64,000 nucleotides of DNA from a virus (taxonomy: Duplodnaviria > Caudoviricetes). Where the stretch lies: positions 1-64,000 of IMG/VR virus record IMGVR_UViG_3300001868_000007. One strand, given 5' to 3'. Below the pieces are notes generated by a model. That model was not told the origin of the DNA and searched no databases. It saw only the letters and a program-made list of their open reading frames with translations. Positions 9,841 to 19,164 of the stretch are shown piece after piece; the stretch's first letter is position 1; each line of letters opens with the position of its first letter. The position numbers and the translations under genes were made by a program.

Positions 9841-10362
9841 ATGAAAAACGAACAATCATATCTTATCGCAGTCTTCGGTAAAGTCTGCTCCGGCAAGAAC
9901 AAATACGTTCTTGAAAACTGTCCACCTAACTGTCTTCACATTGATATTGGAGATGTGGTTCGCGAACTCACCAAAACCAACTCTCGCACTCACGACAAAT
10001 CTCTCGACACTCAGATAATTGACTATCTTCAGAATGAGATTTTTTATTCGAAAGCTGATACTAATACGATGGTGATTACTGGTATTCGTCAGTTGAGTAT
10101 TCTGAAAGCTCTTGAGAATATAGTGAATGAAATTCACACAATCAACTACGAAAGAGTACTTCTGAACGTACCTGAATCAATTCTAAAAACTCGCTATGAA
10201 AAGAGAGCAGCTACTAAAGACCACAGTATCGCCTTCGAAGATACAATAAAACGGGACAGTTTGCTTGGTCTCGACGAATTAATACAATACCTTTACACTG
10301 TAAAAACAACAATCATCGAATATTACAATCGCAATGAAATCGACACTCTACAAGAAAAGTAA
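9841..10362 (+). CDS. P-loop kinase (NMP/dephospho-CoA kinase-like)
   Basis: AVFGKVCSGK Walker A, IDIGDVVREL, VITGIR, ILKTRYEKR lid. Confidence 0.6.
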   Translation: MKNEQSYLIAVFGKVCSGKNKYVLENCPPNCLHIDIGDVVRELTKTNSRTHDKSLDTQIIDYLQNEIFYSKADTNTMVITGIRQLSILKALENIVNEIHTINYERVLLNVPESILKTRYEKRAATKDHSIAFEDTIKRDSLLGLDELIQYLYTVKTTIIEYYNRNEIDTLQEK

Positions 10363-11479
10363 ATCCGGTAAGATCCAAATCTGGATCATCGAAACCGAAG
10401 ACAATCGTTACAGAACAACCGAAGGTTATCTTGATGGTAAACAAACTCCTACTGAATGGACGAGTTGTCAAGGTAAAAGAATCGGTTCTACAAACGAAAC
10501 CTCTCCACAAGAGCAATCTATCAAAGAAGCAGAAGCTCGCGTCAGAAAACAAAAAGACAAAGGCTGGACTGAAGACATCGATTCAGTTGATGAAGCTGCG
10601 ATGAAAATTTCTCCACAATTAGCTCATAAATATCTTGAAAATGAAGATTACGTCAAATCTTTGAAGTATATTGCTATTCAAGCTAAACTTGACGGAGCCA
10701 GAACTATTGGTACAGAAGATGGATTATTTACTCGTACCGGAAAGCCGATCTATGCCGCACCTCACATTTGGGAAGAAATTAAAGGAGCTTTTTTGATTGA
10801 AGAATTCGAAGAATCAGGTATAAAATTTGACGGAGAGTTCTACAACTCAGAGCTTTACGATGATTTTAACGAAATAATCTCTATCTTCAAAAAACAAAAA
10901 CCTTCTGAAGAAGATTTAATCAAAAGTAGAAATCTTGGCCAATATCATGTTTACGACATGGATATTAAAAATCTACCTTTCTCTACTCGATACGCAACGT
11001 TACAAGTTCTTGCAAAAGAAAAAACTGTACCGTATCAATATGTTCATATCGTTCCAACCGTCTTCCTCGACAACTCTCAAGGTCAAGTGACTAAAGAAAT
11101 CCTCAAAGAGTACCGCGATAAATTCATCGAAATGGGCTACGAAGGAGTAATGATTCGCAACGCTGATTCACTCTATCAAAATCACCGGACCAAAGATCTT
11201 TTGAAGTGGAAAGAGTTCCAGGATGCTGAGTTCGAATTGATCAATATTGAAGAAGGCAGAGGAAATCGTGCCGGAATGGCTGCAAAAGTTTATTGTCGCG
11301 ATATCAGAGGCGAAGAATTCTCTGCAGGCTTAAAGGGAACAGTTGAGTATTGTAAACAGCTTTTGAAAGATAAAGATCAATTGATTGGGAAGATGGTGAC
11401 GATCCGCTACCAGAATTTAACGGCCGATAGACAAGTACCTAGGTTTGGAAAGATGCTTATTGTGAGAGATTATGAGTAA
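10334..11479 (+). CDS. lig: ATP-dependent DNA ligase with an N-terminal WGR-like domain
   Basis: QAKLDGAR (motif I), FDGEF, YDMD, EGVMIR, LLKWK, VPRFG. Confidence 0.92.
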   Translation: MKSTLYKKSKSGKIQIWIIETEDNRYRTTEGYLDGKQTPTEWTSCQGKRIGSTNETSPQEQSIKEAEARVRKQKDKGWTEDIDSVDEAAMKISPQLAHKYLENEDYVKSLKYIAIQAKLDGARTIGTEDGLFTRTGKPIYAAPHIWEEIKGAFLIEEFEESGIKFDGEFYNSELYDDFNEIISIFKKQKPSEEDLIKSRNLGQYHVYDMDIKNLPFSTRYATLQVLAKEKTVPYQYVHIVPTVFLDNSQGQVTKEILKEYRDKFIEMGYEGVMIRNADSLYQNHRTKDLLKWKEFQDAEFELINIEEGRGNRAGMAAKVYCRDIRGEEFSAGLKGTVEYCKQLLKDKDQLIGKMVTIRYQNLTADRQVPRFGKMLIVRDYE

Positions 11480-12410
11480 GCCAACTCCCGAACAATTCGG
11501 ATACTATAACGCAATATCTTTCGATGAGGAATCGGGATGGATGATTGAAGAAGGAGAAGAACGATATTACGAAGCTCTTAAACAATACGAAGAACAAACA
11601 ACTAAAAAGAAAATAAGTATGAAATTTTGTGTAATTCCAACCCTGTCTAATCCAGAATTGATGAGAGAAGGTGAAATGATTTTCGTTCTGGCGCAGCATT
11701 ATTTGCGAAACGAGAAATATCGCAACTATGTCAAGCAATTGAAATCCGAAGGTTTTTGGATAATTTTAGACAACGGAGCTGGTGATTATGAGACAGTTAC
11801 GCCTCAAATACTACTCGAAGCAACACTCGATCTAATGCCAAACGAGATCATTCCTCTTGACACTATCTTCGACGCTGAGACCACTCTTGGAGATCTCAAC
11901 AAGTTTATTGAAATGATGGAAGAAGCTGAAATTATTGACAAAGTCGATATATTCGCGGTGCCACAGGGGAAAACTAAAGAAGACTGGCTTTTCTGTTACA
12001 AGCAAATGCTCGCTAATCCGAACGTGAAAACAATTGGTTTCTCTAAGATCGGAGTACCTTATGCTTTTGGAATGCATAAAGATGATCAAGGTATTATGGA
12101 AGGGCGTCACGCATGTTACGACGAACTTATGGCTGCTGATCTAATTCAAAAACCAATTCACTGTCTTGGTGCCGGAGATCCTCGAGAATTCTTGAAGTAC
12201 AAGAATAATCCACTTATGCGCTCTACTGACTCATGCTTTAGTGTATGGGCTGGTATGTGTGGAGTTTTATGGGATGAAGGGAATTTCGTTCGCCACAAAA
12301 CTCCAAAAGATTATTTCCTTCAGAAAATAGACGAAGGAGAGATAGAGTATGCTAAACGCAACATTGCATTTCTAAGAACAATCGTAACAAATACAATTGA
12401 CAATGAGTAA
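11472..12410 (+). CDS. dpdA: TGT-fold DNA-guanine transglycosylase (DpdA-like); possible internal start at ATG 11619
   Basis: IILDNGAG, PLDT, AVPQG, IHCLG and RSTDS pattern of TGT/DpdA, located in a fol/que neighbourhood. Confidence 0.72.
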   Translation: MSKPTPEQFGYYNAISFDEESGWMIEEGEERYYEALKQYEEQTTKKKISMKFCVIPTLSNPELMREGEMIFVLAQHYLRNEKYRNYVKQLKSEGFWIILDNGAGDYETVTPQILLEATLDLMPNEIIPLDTIFDAETTLGDLNKFIEMMEEAEIIDKVDIFAVPQGKTKEDWLFCYKQMLANPNVKTIGFSKIGVPYAFGMHKDDQGIMEGRHACYDELMAADLIQKPIHCLGAGDPREFLKYKNNPLMRSTDSCFSVWAGMCGVLWDEGNFVRHKTPKDYFLQKIDEGEIEYAKRNIAFLRTIVTNTIDNE

Positions 12411-12996
12411 ACCATTATTTAATCGCAATGATCCTGCTTCAATTAAAGCAGCACTTGAAATGACTCAAGAAGAGTTCGTGAAACACTATACAGAGTCAAC
12501 AAGCTCCTCAGCTAACGTTCTCACAGATCTTTATACAATCATGCGTAAAAACAAAACTGCAGTGATTCAGAGGAATTCTGGTACAACAAAGAATGATGAA
12601 CCAATCGAAACAATTACACCAATAAAAACAAATAAAGAAATGATGACAACTGACAAAATCGAAGGTGCACCTAAAATGCGTACCGAAACAGAAAACGGAG
12701 AAACGATCCGCGTTCCTATGGAACAAATTGAAAAAACAGAGCTACTTAAAGTTGCAAACGCAAAAGCTGTAACGAAAGCTAATAAGGGAGCTAAGCCAGT
12801 GAAAGAAAAAGTTGAAAAAGCTCCTAAAGCTGAAAAAGTTGCCGGTGGACTAACTAAGCAAGACAAAATTGTTGAGCTTCTGAAAGGTGGTGCAACTAAC
12901 AAAGAGATCAAGCTGCTTTTAGCAGAAGATGGTCAGAAAGTGTACGATTCTGAAATCGCGAACGCCAAAAAGAAACTCCCTTCAACTGAAGCGTAA
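12403..12996 (+). CDS. Hypothetical protein with a C-terminal HTH-like domain (paralog family A)
   Basis: LTKQDKIVELL…VYDSEIANAKK, shared with the 20978 and 24063 ORFs. Confidence 0.55.
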   Translation: MSKPLFNRNDPASIKAALEMTQEEFVKHYTESTSSSANVLTDLYTIMRKNKTAVIQRNSGTTKNDEPIETITPIKTNKEMMTTDKIEGAPKMRTETENGETIRVPMEQIEKTELLKVANAKAVTKANKGAKPVKEKVEKAPKAEKVAGGLTKQDKIVELLKGGATNKEIKLLLAEDGQKVYDSEIANAKKKLPSTEA

Positions 12997-13526
12997 TGGC
13001 AAACTACGAACAAGAACCTCTAGTAATAGAGTTGAGAGATAAAATGATAGTGTTAAAAGCGCTACCGTTTGATACCGACATTGACATCGATGAAATCTTA
13101 AAGATCGATCATCACAACTATCTTGGAGAGATTTTAACTTTCCCAGTATTATTGAATCGTATTGCTAATCTGAAAGCTGAGCAACAGAATATCGTTAGTG
13201 AATCCAAAAACGATGTTGAAATCTTCGAAGCTCAATTGACTGAAGAGAAGCGTAAATCAATTATGGCTACCGGAGGTAAAGGAACAGTTTCAGAAATCGA
13301 TGCTGCAGTGAAAATTGACGCTCGCTACAGAATCAAGAAGAACGACTTCTTTACTAAGCAAAAGAATCTCGATTATCTCGACTCATTGTATTGGGCAGCT
13401 CAAGCTAAGATGAATCTTTTGAACAAAATTTCCGACAAGATTCGCCCTGAGGAATTCTCTAATGAACTTCTAACTGACGTAGTTAACGGAGTTATGATCA
13501 AAGCTTCTAAAAAAGCAATTAAGTAA
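12996..13526 (+). CDS. UvsY-like recombination mediator
   Basis: Helical, TVSEIDAAVKIDARY…YLDSLYWAAQAK pattern; sits directly before an SSB-like gene. Confidence 0.45.
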   Translation: MANYEQEPLVIELRDKMIVLKALPFDTDIDIDEILKIDHHNYLGEILTFPVLLNRIANLKAEQQNIVSESKNDVEIFEAQLTEEKRKSIMATGGKGTVSEIDAAVKIDARYRIKKNDFFTKQKNLDYLDSLYWAAQAKMNLLNKISDKIRPEEFSNELLTDVVNGVMIKASKKAIK

Positions 13527-13541
13527 AGTACCTAATAAAAT

Positions 13542-13582
13542 ACATACTTCTGTTGGTTTATATCAACTAAGTATGTATTTTT
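13542..13582 (+). promoter_or_regulatory. Repeated promoter copy 2, with an inverted second copy of the upstream element
   Basis: ACATACttctGTTG…GTATTTTT at +33; TACATACTT…GTTG/CAAC…AAGTATGTA is an inverted repeat. Confidence 0.7.
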
Positions 13583-13657
13583 ACGCACACAAAACAACTG
13601 ATCAGCGCAAAGATCTTAATTATTATTATTATTATTAACAACTAAAAACTAAACATT

Positions 13658-15022
13658 ATGGCGTTAGACCGTAGTAAATTCAAAGCTACAAGTGTAGCAG
13701 CAACAGTGCAAAAAGATGCTGAATTAAGCAGCTCATTAGGTCGCAACAACGATCGTGTAGATTATTTGAAATGGAATCAAGGTTCCAATCTTGTTCGCAT
13801 CTATCCTCCTCATCCTGAAGAAGATGGTGGATCAGATGTATTCGCAGAAGCAAAGGTGACAGTTTGGTTACCAATGATGGTTGCTCAGAAAGACAGTAAT
13901 CATCAAGAAATGCTCGATCCTAAAACTCGTCGCCCAATTATGAAAGAAGGAGCGAAGTCAGTTTTCAATTCTCGTATTCATGGTGGAACTGAGAAAGATC
14001 TTGTTGAAGAGTATATCAATTACTCTCGTGAACGTTTAACTGAAGATCTGAAAGTTTGTCAAGATCAGAAGATAAAAGCTTTCATTGAAGATAAGATCGA
14101 ATCTATTACCGGAAATTTTATGAAAAAGGTGCAAGGTCTCAAGTACAAACAAGCTTGGGTGATGTATGTTGATCAGATCGTTGGAGGTGTTCCAAAATTT
14201 GGAATGGCTGAAGTTGGACCAGCTATCAAAGATCGTTTGAACAGTATTGCAGCTTCGACAGACACTGGTAATGATCCTCTTGCAACAGATCCTTTCACAG
14301 ATATTGAAACTGGTCGCGCCATTATCGTTACTTACGATAAAGATGCAAAACAAGCGAAAGATTACTACAAGACCGAGTTGGATAACGCTATTGAGAACAC
14401 AATTATCAACGGTAAAACTTATCCTCTTCCACGTATGTTTCCTTTGAGTGACGAGCAACTTGAGAAGTTTATGAAAGCTACTCCTCTTGCTAAAAAATTC
14501 CGGAATGCATTTTCGCGTCGCGACTTTGATCTTCAGCTTGAAGGATTAGAGTTTTTCGATCAAAAGAATCAAATTGGTACTTTCGAAGATTCAACTTGGT
14601 TAGGTATTTGTGAAGAAATTTCAGCTTATTATCCTGAGGATGATGACGCTGCAGCTTCAGAAGCAGAAGAAACTACTCACGAAGTAGTTGATGTTGTAAC
14701 TGAAACAACTACAGTTGAAGAGCCAGAGGGAGACATGTTTGAATTAATGACTCGTAAAGAACTTGCAGATTTTGCAAAGATCAACAAAACCGGACTAATC
14801 ATCAAACCAACTCTTTCTGACGACTCTATACGTGAATCATTACGTGAATGGGAAGTAGCTCAGGACACAGTAGTTGAAGAAGAAGTTGCTCAAATTCCGG
14901 AGCCGGAAGTTGTAGAAGAAACTCCTCCAACAGCAACGAAAGCTGTAGAAGCTCCAACAGCAGCAACAGTTTCTACTCAAGATCGTTTAGCAGAAATACG
15001 TAAACGAATGGCAGGTAAGTAA
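13658..15022 (+). CDS. gp32-like single-stranded DNA-binding protein
   Basis: YLKW…NLVRIYPP, DPF…GRAIIV…DY; long acidic flexible C-terminal part. Confidence 0.6.
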   Translation: MALDRSKFKATSVAATVQKDAELSSSLGRNNDRVDYLKWNQGSNLVRIYPPHPEEDGGSDVFAEAKVTVWLPMMVAQKDSNHQEMLDPKTRRPIMKEGAKSVFNSRIHGGTEKDLVEEYINYSRERLTEDLKVCQDQKIKAFIEDKIESITGNFMKKVQGLKYKQAWVMYVDQIVGGVPKFGMAEVGPAIKDRLNSIAASTDTGNDPLATDPFTDIETGRAIIVTYDKDAKQAKDYYKTELDNAIENTIINGKTYPLPRMFPLSDEQLEKFMKATPLAKKFRNAFSRRDFDLQLEGLEFFDQKNQIGTFEDSTWLGICEEISAYYPEDDDAAASEAEETTHEVVDVVTETTTVEEPEGDMFELMTRKELADFAKINKTGLIIKPTLSDDSIRESLREWEVAQDTVVEEEVAQIPEPEVVEETPPTATKAVEAPTAATVSTQDRLAEIRKRMAGK

Positions 15023-15023
15023 T

Positions 15024-15266
15024 ATGGAAGCAGAAGAAATCTTAGGTAAATTAAAAACGATCATTTCGGATCGTCTTGGATTTGATGAATCTGAAATCAC
15101 TCCTGAATGCAACTTGAGAAAAGATTTATGTTTCGATTCTCTTGACGAGATTGAGTTCATTATAGATATCGAAGGAGAATTTGGTCTTTCAATCTTAGAT
15201 GAACAAGTAGAAGGAATTGAGACAATTCAACAAGTCGTTGACTTGATCGCAGAATTAACAAAATAA
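15024..15266 (+). CDS. acpP: Acyl carrier protein
   Basis: DLCFDSLDEIEFIIDIEGEFG: DSL phosphopantetheine site, 80 aa, acidic. Confidence 0.85.
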   Translation: MEAEEILGKLKTIISDRLGFDESEITPECNLRKDLCFDSLDEIEFIIDIEGEFGLSILDEQVEGIETIQQVVDLIAELTK

Positions 15267-15298
15267 TCAACCAGCTCACAAGAGCGCAAAACAACAAA

Positions 15299-15565
15299 AT
15301 GAATAAAGCAGAATTAGTAAAATCAATCGCGAAAAAGTCAGGTTTGACAATCGCACAATCTCAGTCAGCGTTAGACGCAGTAACTGAAACAATTGTAGAA
15401 ACATTAAATACCGGTGACGAAGTAGGTTTGAAAGGCTTCGGAGTATTCAAAGTAAAAGTTCGTGAAGCACGTACTGGTCGTAATCCTAAAACAGGAGCTC
15501 CAGTAGCTGTTCCAGCTAAGAATTTAGCAAAATTCAAATTCTCGAAAGAGGTAGCTTTGGATTAA
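15299..15565 (+). CDS. hup: HU histone-like DNA-binding protein
   Basis: MNKAELV…GFGVFKV…ARTGRNPKTG…KFK. Confidence 0.93.
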   Translation: MNKAELVKSIAKKSGLTIAQSQSALDAVTETIVETLNTGDEVGLKGFGVFKVKVREARTGRNPKTGAPVAVPAKNLAKFKFSKEVALD

Positions 15566-15593
15566 GAAGAAAAAGAGTAAGTTTACAGAGTTG

Positions 15594-15630
15594 AATAAGG
15601 CAGTGTAGAAAGCTGTGCTGCCTTATTTTA
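15594..15630 (+). terminator. Rho-independent terminator
   Basis: AATAAGGCAGTGTAG-aaag-CTGTGCTGCCTTATT (with GU pairs) followed by TTT. Confidence 0.75.
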
Positions 15631-15657
15631 AAGCGCATTAATCTAAAGCAATCGTAA

Positions 15658-16014
15658 ATGGGTACAAACATTAATCAAATGCAAGCAAACACATTAACGA
15701 AAGGCGAAAAAGTCTCGAAATTTATCACTGAAAGAGTTGGAACTATTGGATGCGCTATTATCTTCTGTATTCTTTCGTTAATTAGTTTACCAGCAGCAGT
15801 TATGTCTAAAGATCCCTTAGTGATTGTTGCATGGGTAGCTCAAACATTTCTCCAGTTAGTTCTCCTTCCAGTTATCATGGTTGGACAAAATCTTCAGAGT
15901 AGACATTCAGAGATATTAGCTGAAGCCACCTATGAGAACGATGTTAAGATCCATGAGCACGTAGACGAAATACATGAAGACATCAAAGAAATTCTAAAAA
16001 TCGTAAAGAAATAA
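15658..16014 (+). CDS. DUF1003-like membrane protein
   Basis: Two TM segments followed by LPVIMVGQN…AEATY. Confidence 0.6.
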   Translation: MGTNINQMQANTLTKGEKVSKFITERVGTIGCAIIFCILSLISLPAAVMSKDPLVIVAWVAQTFLQLVLLPVIMVGQNLQSRHSEILAEATYENDVKIHEHVDEIHEDIKEILKIVKK

Positions 16015-16023
16015 AATCGTAAA

Positions 16024-17067
16024 ATGAAAAAACCAATCGCTGTCGTAATCACCGACACTCACCTCTCAGATTCAACTATTGAGTTAAATAAATCGATCTT
16101 CGAACAAGCTACCATGTTAGCTAATAGTTTGGGATTAAATCAGATCGAACATCTTGGAGATATTTTTCAAAGTCGCAAATCACAATCTCAAGCTGTTCTT
16201 ACAGCATTCAGAGAAATTCTTAACAATTTACATGATCGAGAGATAACATTGAATTGTGTTGTAGGCAACCACGATAAGGTCTCCTACAGTGAAGTTGATT
16301 CATTTCTTGATCCATTCCAAGACCACATTGCTTTAAATTTATATCGCTTTTGCGGAGCTCGTTTTACAAAACCTGCTAACTCACTTTCATCTGGCAATGT
16401 TGGTATTAACTATGCTTCATACTTCAGCGACGAACAATACATTAAGATGCTTCAAGAAAAAGATAAAGTAGATGGATTTGCTGAAAGAAACATTCTTCTC
16501 ACTCATATTGGATGTACTGGAGCAGTAATGAACAATGGCACCAAGATTGAGAGCTCAATCAACTCTAACTTGTTCAGTAAGTACGATTTAGTTCTCGTTG
16601 GCCACTATCATGACCCACAGCAATTTGATCATATCGAATACATTGGTGCAGCAATGCAGCATAACTTCGGAGAAGGAACTCAGAAAGGCGCTACAGTTAT
16701 CTATGATGATCTCAGCACAGAACTGGTTCCATTTACTTTTCCACAGTACTTGAAGTACGAAGTGGATGTAAAATCGATGACAACTAAAGATATCGACGAT
16801 CTGAAGAAAGAAAAGCAAAATTCTCAAGATCATATCAGAGTTATTCTGAAAGGTGCAGAGAAAGATTTAAAAGCGTTTAATTCAAACTCTCTACGTGAGA
16901 TTGGTATCAGTGTTCAACTTGAACAAGAAAAAATTGATATCGAAGAGCTTGAAACCAGATGTGAAGCTTTTGATAGCAAAACACTTACTGAGGAATTCGA
17001 AGTCTTCTGTAAGAAAAACAAACTTAATCATAAAGAGGGATTAAAATACTTCAATCAAATCGTATAA
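16024..17067 (+). CDS. sbcD: SbcD/Mre11/gp47-like metallophosphoesterase nuclease
   Basis: TDTH, LGDIF, VGNHD, LTH and GHYH motifs. Confidence 0.88.
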   Translation: MKKPIAVVITDTHLSDSTIELNKSIFEQATMLANSLGLNQIEHLGDIFQSRKSQSQAVLTAFREILNNLHDREITLNCVVGNHDKVSYSEVDSFLDPFQDHIALNLYRFCGARFTKPANSLSSGNVGINYASYFSDEQYIKMLQEKDKVDGFAERNILLTHIGCTGAVMNNGTKIESSINSNLFSKYDLVLVGHYHDPQQFDHIEYIGAAMQHNFGEGTQKGATVIYDDLSTELVPFTFPQYLKYEVDVKSMTTKDIDDLKKEKQNSQDHIRVILKGAEKDLKAFNSNSLREIGISVQLEQEKIDIEELETRCEAFDSKTLTEEFEVFCKKNKLNHKEGLKYFNQIV

Positions 17068-17079
17068 ATAAAAATCGCC

Positions 17080-19164
17080 ATGTATAGACCAAAATCGCTA
17101 CAAATCACTAACATCATTTCTCACAGAAACAGTACTTATCGCTTTCGTCAAGGAGAAGCTGTTATAATTATAGGTCTCAATTGTGACGACCCCCAACAGC
17201 GCGGGAATGGATCAGGGAAATCAGCTTTCATTGAATCATTGGCACTCGCTTTCATAGGAACTTCAATTCGCGACGTTAAGACTAAAGAACTGATCACAAA
17301 CGATCAAGATTCCGGAGAAGTAGAATTAACTCTGGAGAACACAGCTACAAATAAAGATCTACGTATTTGGCGTAAATTTTATTCCAACACTAAATCAGCA
17401 GAGTGTAAGATTTGGCTAGGGACAACCGAGATCAAGAAATCAGACATCAACGAGTACAATAAATTCATCTTTGAGGAAATCGGTCTCTCAAAAGAAGACT
17501 TCTTCAATTTTTTCCTCATAACTTCAGATAATTACAATCCATTCCTCAAAGTAAGCGACACAAAGAAAAAGGAAATCATAAATCGATTCTCAGGAGCCGA
17601 TAACATTGACTCAGTCTTTCCATCTATCAAAACAGATGTTGATAAACTTGAGAACGAAAAGATTCAATTCGGTAAAGATCAAGCTGGATGGGTAGCGAAA
17701 GCAGAAGTATACGCTGGACAGTTAGTTGAGATTGAAGAAAGACTTGATCCTGAAGTGATTCAGATTCTTAAAGAAACTAAACAATCAGAAATAGGTGAGT
17801 TTATGGCTACTTCTACAGAAGCTAAGATCACTTACCTTGATATGACTGAAAAACTCAACGAAGCTAAAAAAGCAGTCACTGACTTTGATCTTGAAGTTAA
17901 AACTAAAGTTATCGATGAAAAGATTGATAAAGAGCGTCTATCAGCAAATCCACGTATTGAAAAAAAATCTACACTCACAGCACAACATGCTGCAGTAGCT
18001 AATCAATTTACAGATCGTATTGAAACTACTCGACAACTTGAAGGAGTCACTCTTGCTAGCATCAATGAAACAGTAGCAGCAATTGAAGATTTTGAGAAGT
18101 TTGAAAGTGAAGTCTCAAAAAAACTTGAAGATGTCATTGAATGCCCAAAATGTCAACATAAATTCTCTTTGCGCAATAAAGAGTTCAATGTCACTGAAGC
18201 TAAAGAATTACTTCCAGGATTGATCGAAGACATTGCTACATTTAAAGTACAATTGGTTGAATTAAAGAATACTCAAAACGTCACTATTCCTCAGCAAAAG
18301 CACGATATCAATGGTGACGTACTCAAAGCTCAAGAAGCAATCAAAAAGCAAATTGAGCAAGTAAATGAAGAAGCGAACATTTCTCAACAGTTGATTGGAA
18401 CTTATCTCACTGAAAAGAATAAAATCAATTCAGATCATCAGTTCTTACAACAGAATGTTATGCGAATGCAAGTTTCATTCGACTCAGCCAAAAAAACTGT
18501 AGAACAAAACGAAATTAAGCTGCAGACTTTAACTCAGGAACTAAACAATATCGGTAAGGATGATTTCAAAACTGAGATCAACGAATTAAACAAAAAGATT
18601 GAAGAAGCTTTCAAAGAAGAAGATAAAGTCAAACTTGCTCTTGAGAAAAAAGAAAAAGAAATTGAAGCAACTAAAGCTTGGGAAACTAACTTCAAGAACT
18701 TCAAATCACACGTAGCTAATCAATCTATCAAGAATGTAGCTGACTACACAAATCTCTTCTTACAATCAATGGGAACAAATTTAGCTATCAACATTGAAGG
18801 CTATAAGTTACTCTCTACTGGTAAAGTGAAAGAGAAAATCGATACTACTGTATTGAGAGATGGATTTGATGCTGGTAGTTACGGTAAATTCTCAGGAGGA
18901 GAGCGTGGACGTGTGGATATTTGTTGTATTTTGGCTCTCCAAGAGTTGATTAATTTAAACTGTCCTCATCAAAAAGGTCTGAATTTACTTGTGTGCGATG
19001 AGATACTTGATCAAGTTGATACTATGGGATTAGAATCTATCATTGATTCTCTTCAGAATTTAGATAAGACAGTTTGCGTCGTATCCCAAAATGAGATTAA
19101 CGCCCTGAAAGAGCATACAGTTATAATGAGAAAAGAAAACGGAGTAACAATAATAATACAGTAA
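17080..19164 (+). CDS. sbcC: SbcC/Rad50/gp46-like SMC ATPase
   Basis: GNGSGKS Walker A, coiled coils, CPKC zinc hook, FSGGE signature, VCDE Walker B. Confidence 0.9.
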   Translation: MYRPKSLQITNIISHRNSTYRFRQGEAVIIIGLNCDDPQQRGNGSGKSAFIESLALAFIGTSIRDVKTKELITNDQDSGEVELTLENTATNKDLRIWRKFYSNTKSAECKIWLGTTEIKKSDINEYNKFIFEEIGLSKEDFFNFFLITSDNYNPFLKVSDTKKKEIINRFSGADNIDSVFPSIKTDVDKLENEKIQFGKDQAGWVAKAEVYAGQLVEIEERLDPEVIQILKETKQSEIGEFMATSTEAKITYLDMTEKLNEAKKAVTDFDLEVKTKVIDEKIDKERLSANPRIEKKSTLTAQHAAVANQFTDRIETTRQLEGVTLASINETVAAIEDFEKFESEVSKKLEDVIECPKCQHKFSLRNKEFNVTEAKELLPGLIEDIATFKVQLVELKNTQNVTIPQQKHDINGDVLKAQEAIKKQIEQVNEEANISQQLIGTYLTEKNKINSDHQFLQQNVMRMQVSFDSAKKTVEQNEIKLQTLTQELNNIGKDDFKTEINELNKKIEEAFKEEDKVKLALEKKEKEIEATKAWETNFKNFKSHVANQSIKNVADYTNLFLQSMGTNLAINIEGYKLLSTGKVKEKIDTTVLRDGFDAGSYGKFSGGERGRVDICCILALQELINLNCPHQKGLNLLVCDEILDQVDTMGLESIIDSLQNLDKTVCVVSQNEINALKEHTVIMRKENGVTIIIQ

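Noticed and set aside
4001-12410. Queuosine tRNA pathway (queC/queF/tgt/queA)
   Set aside because: No QueC, QueF or QueA motifs, and the TGT-fold gene lacks the tRNA-TGT zinc-binding C-terminal motif; DNA modification fits better.
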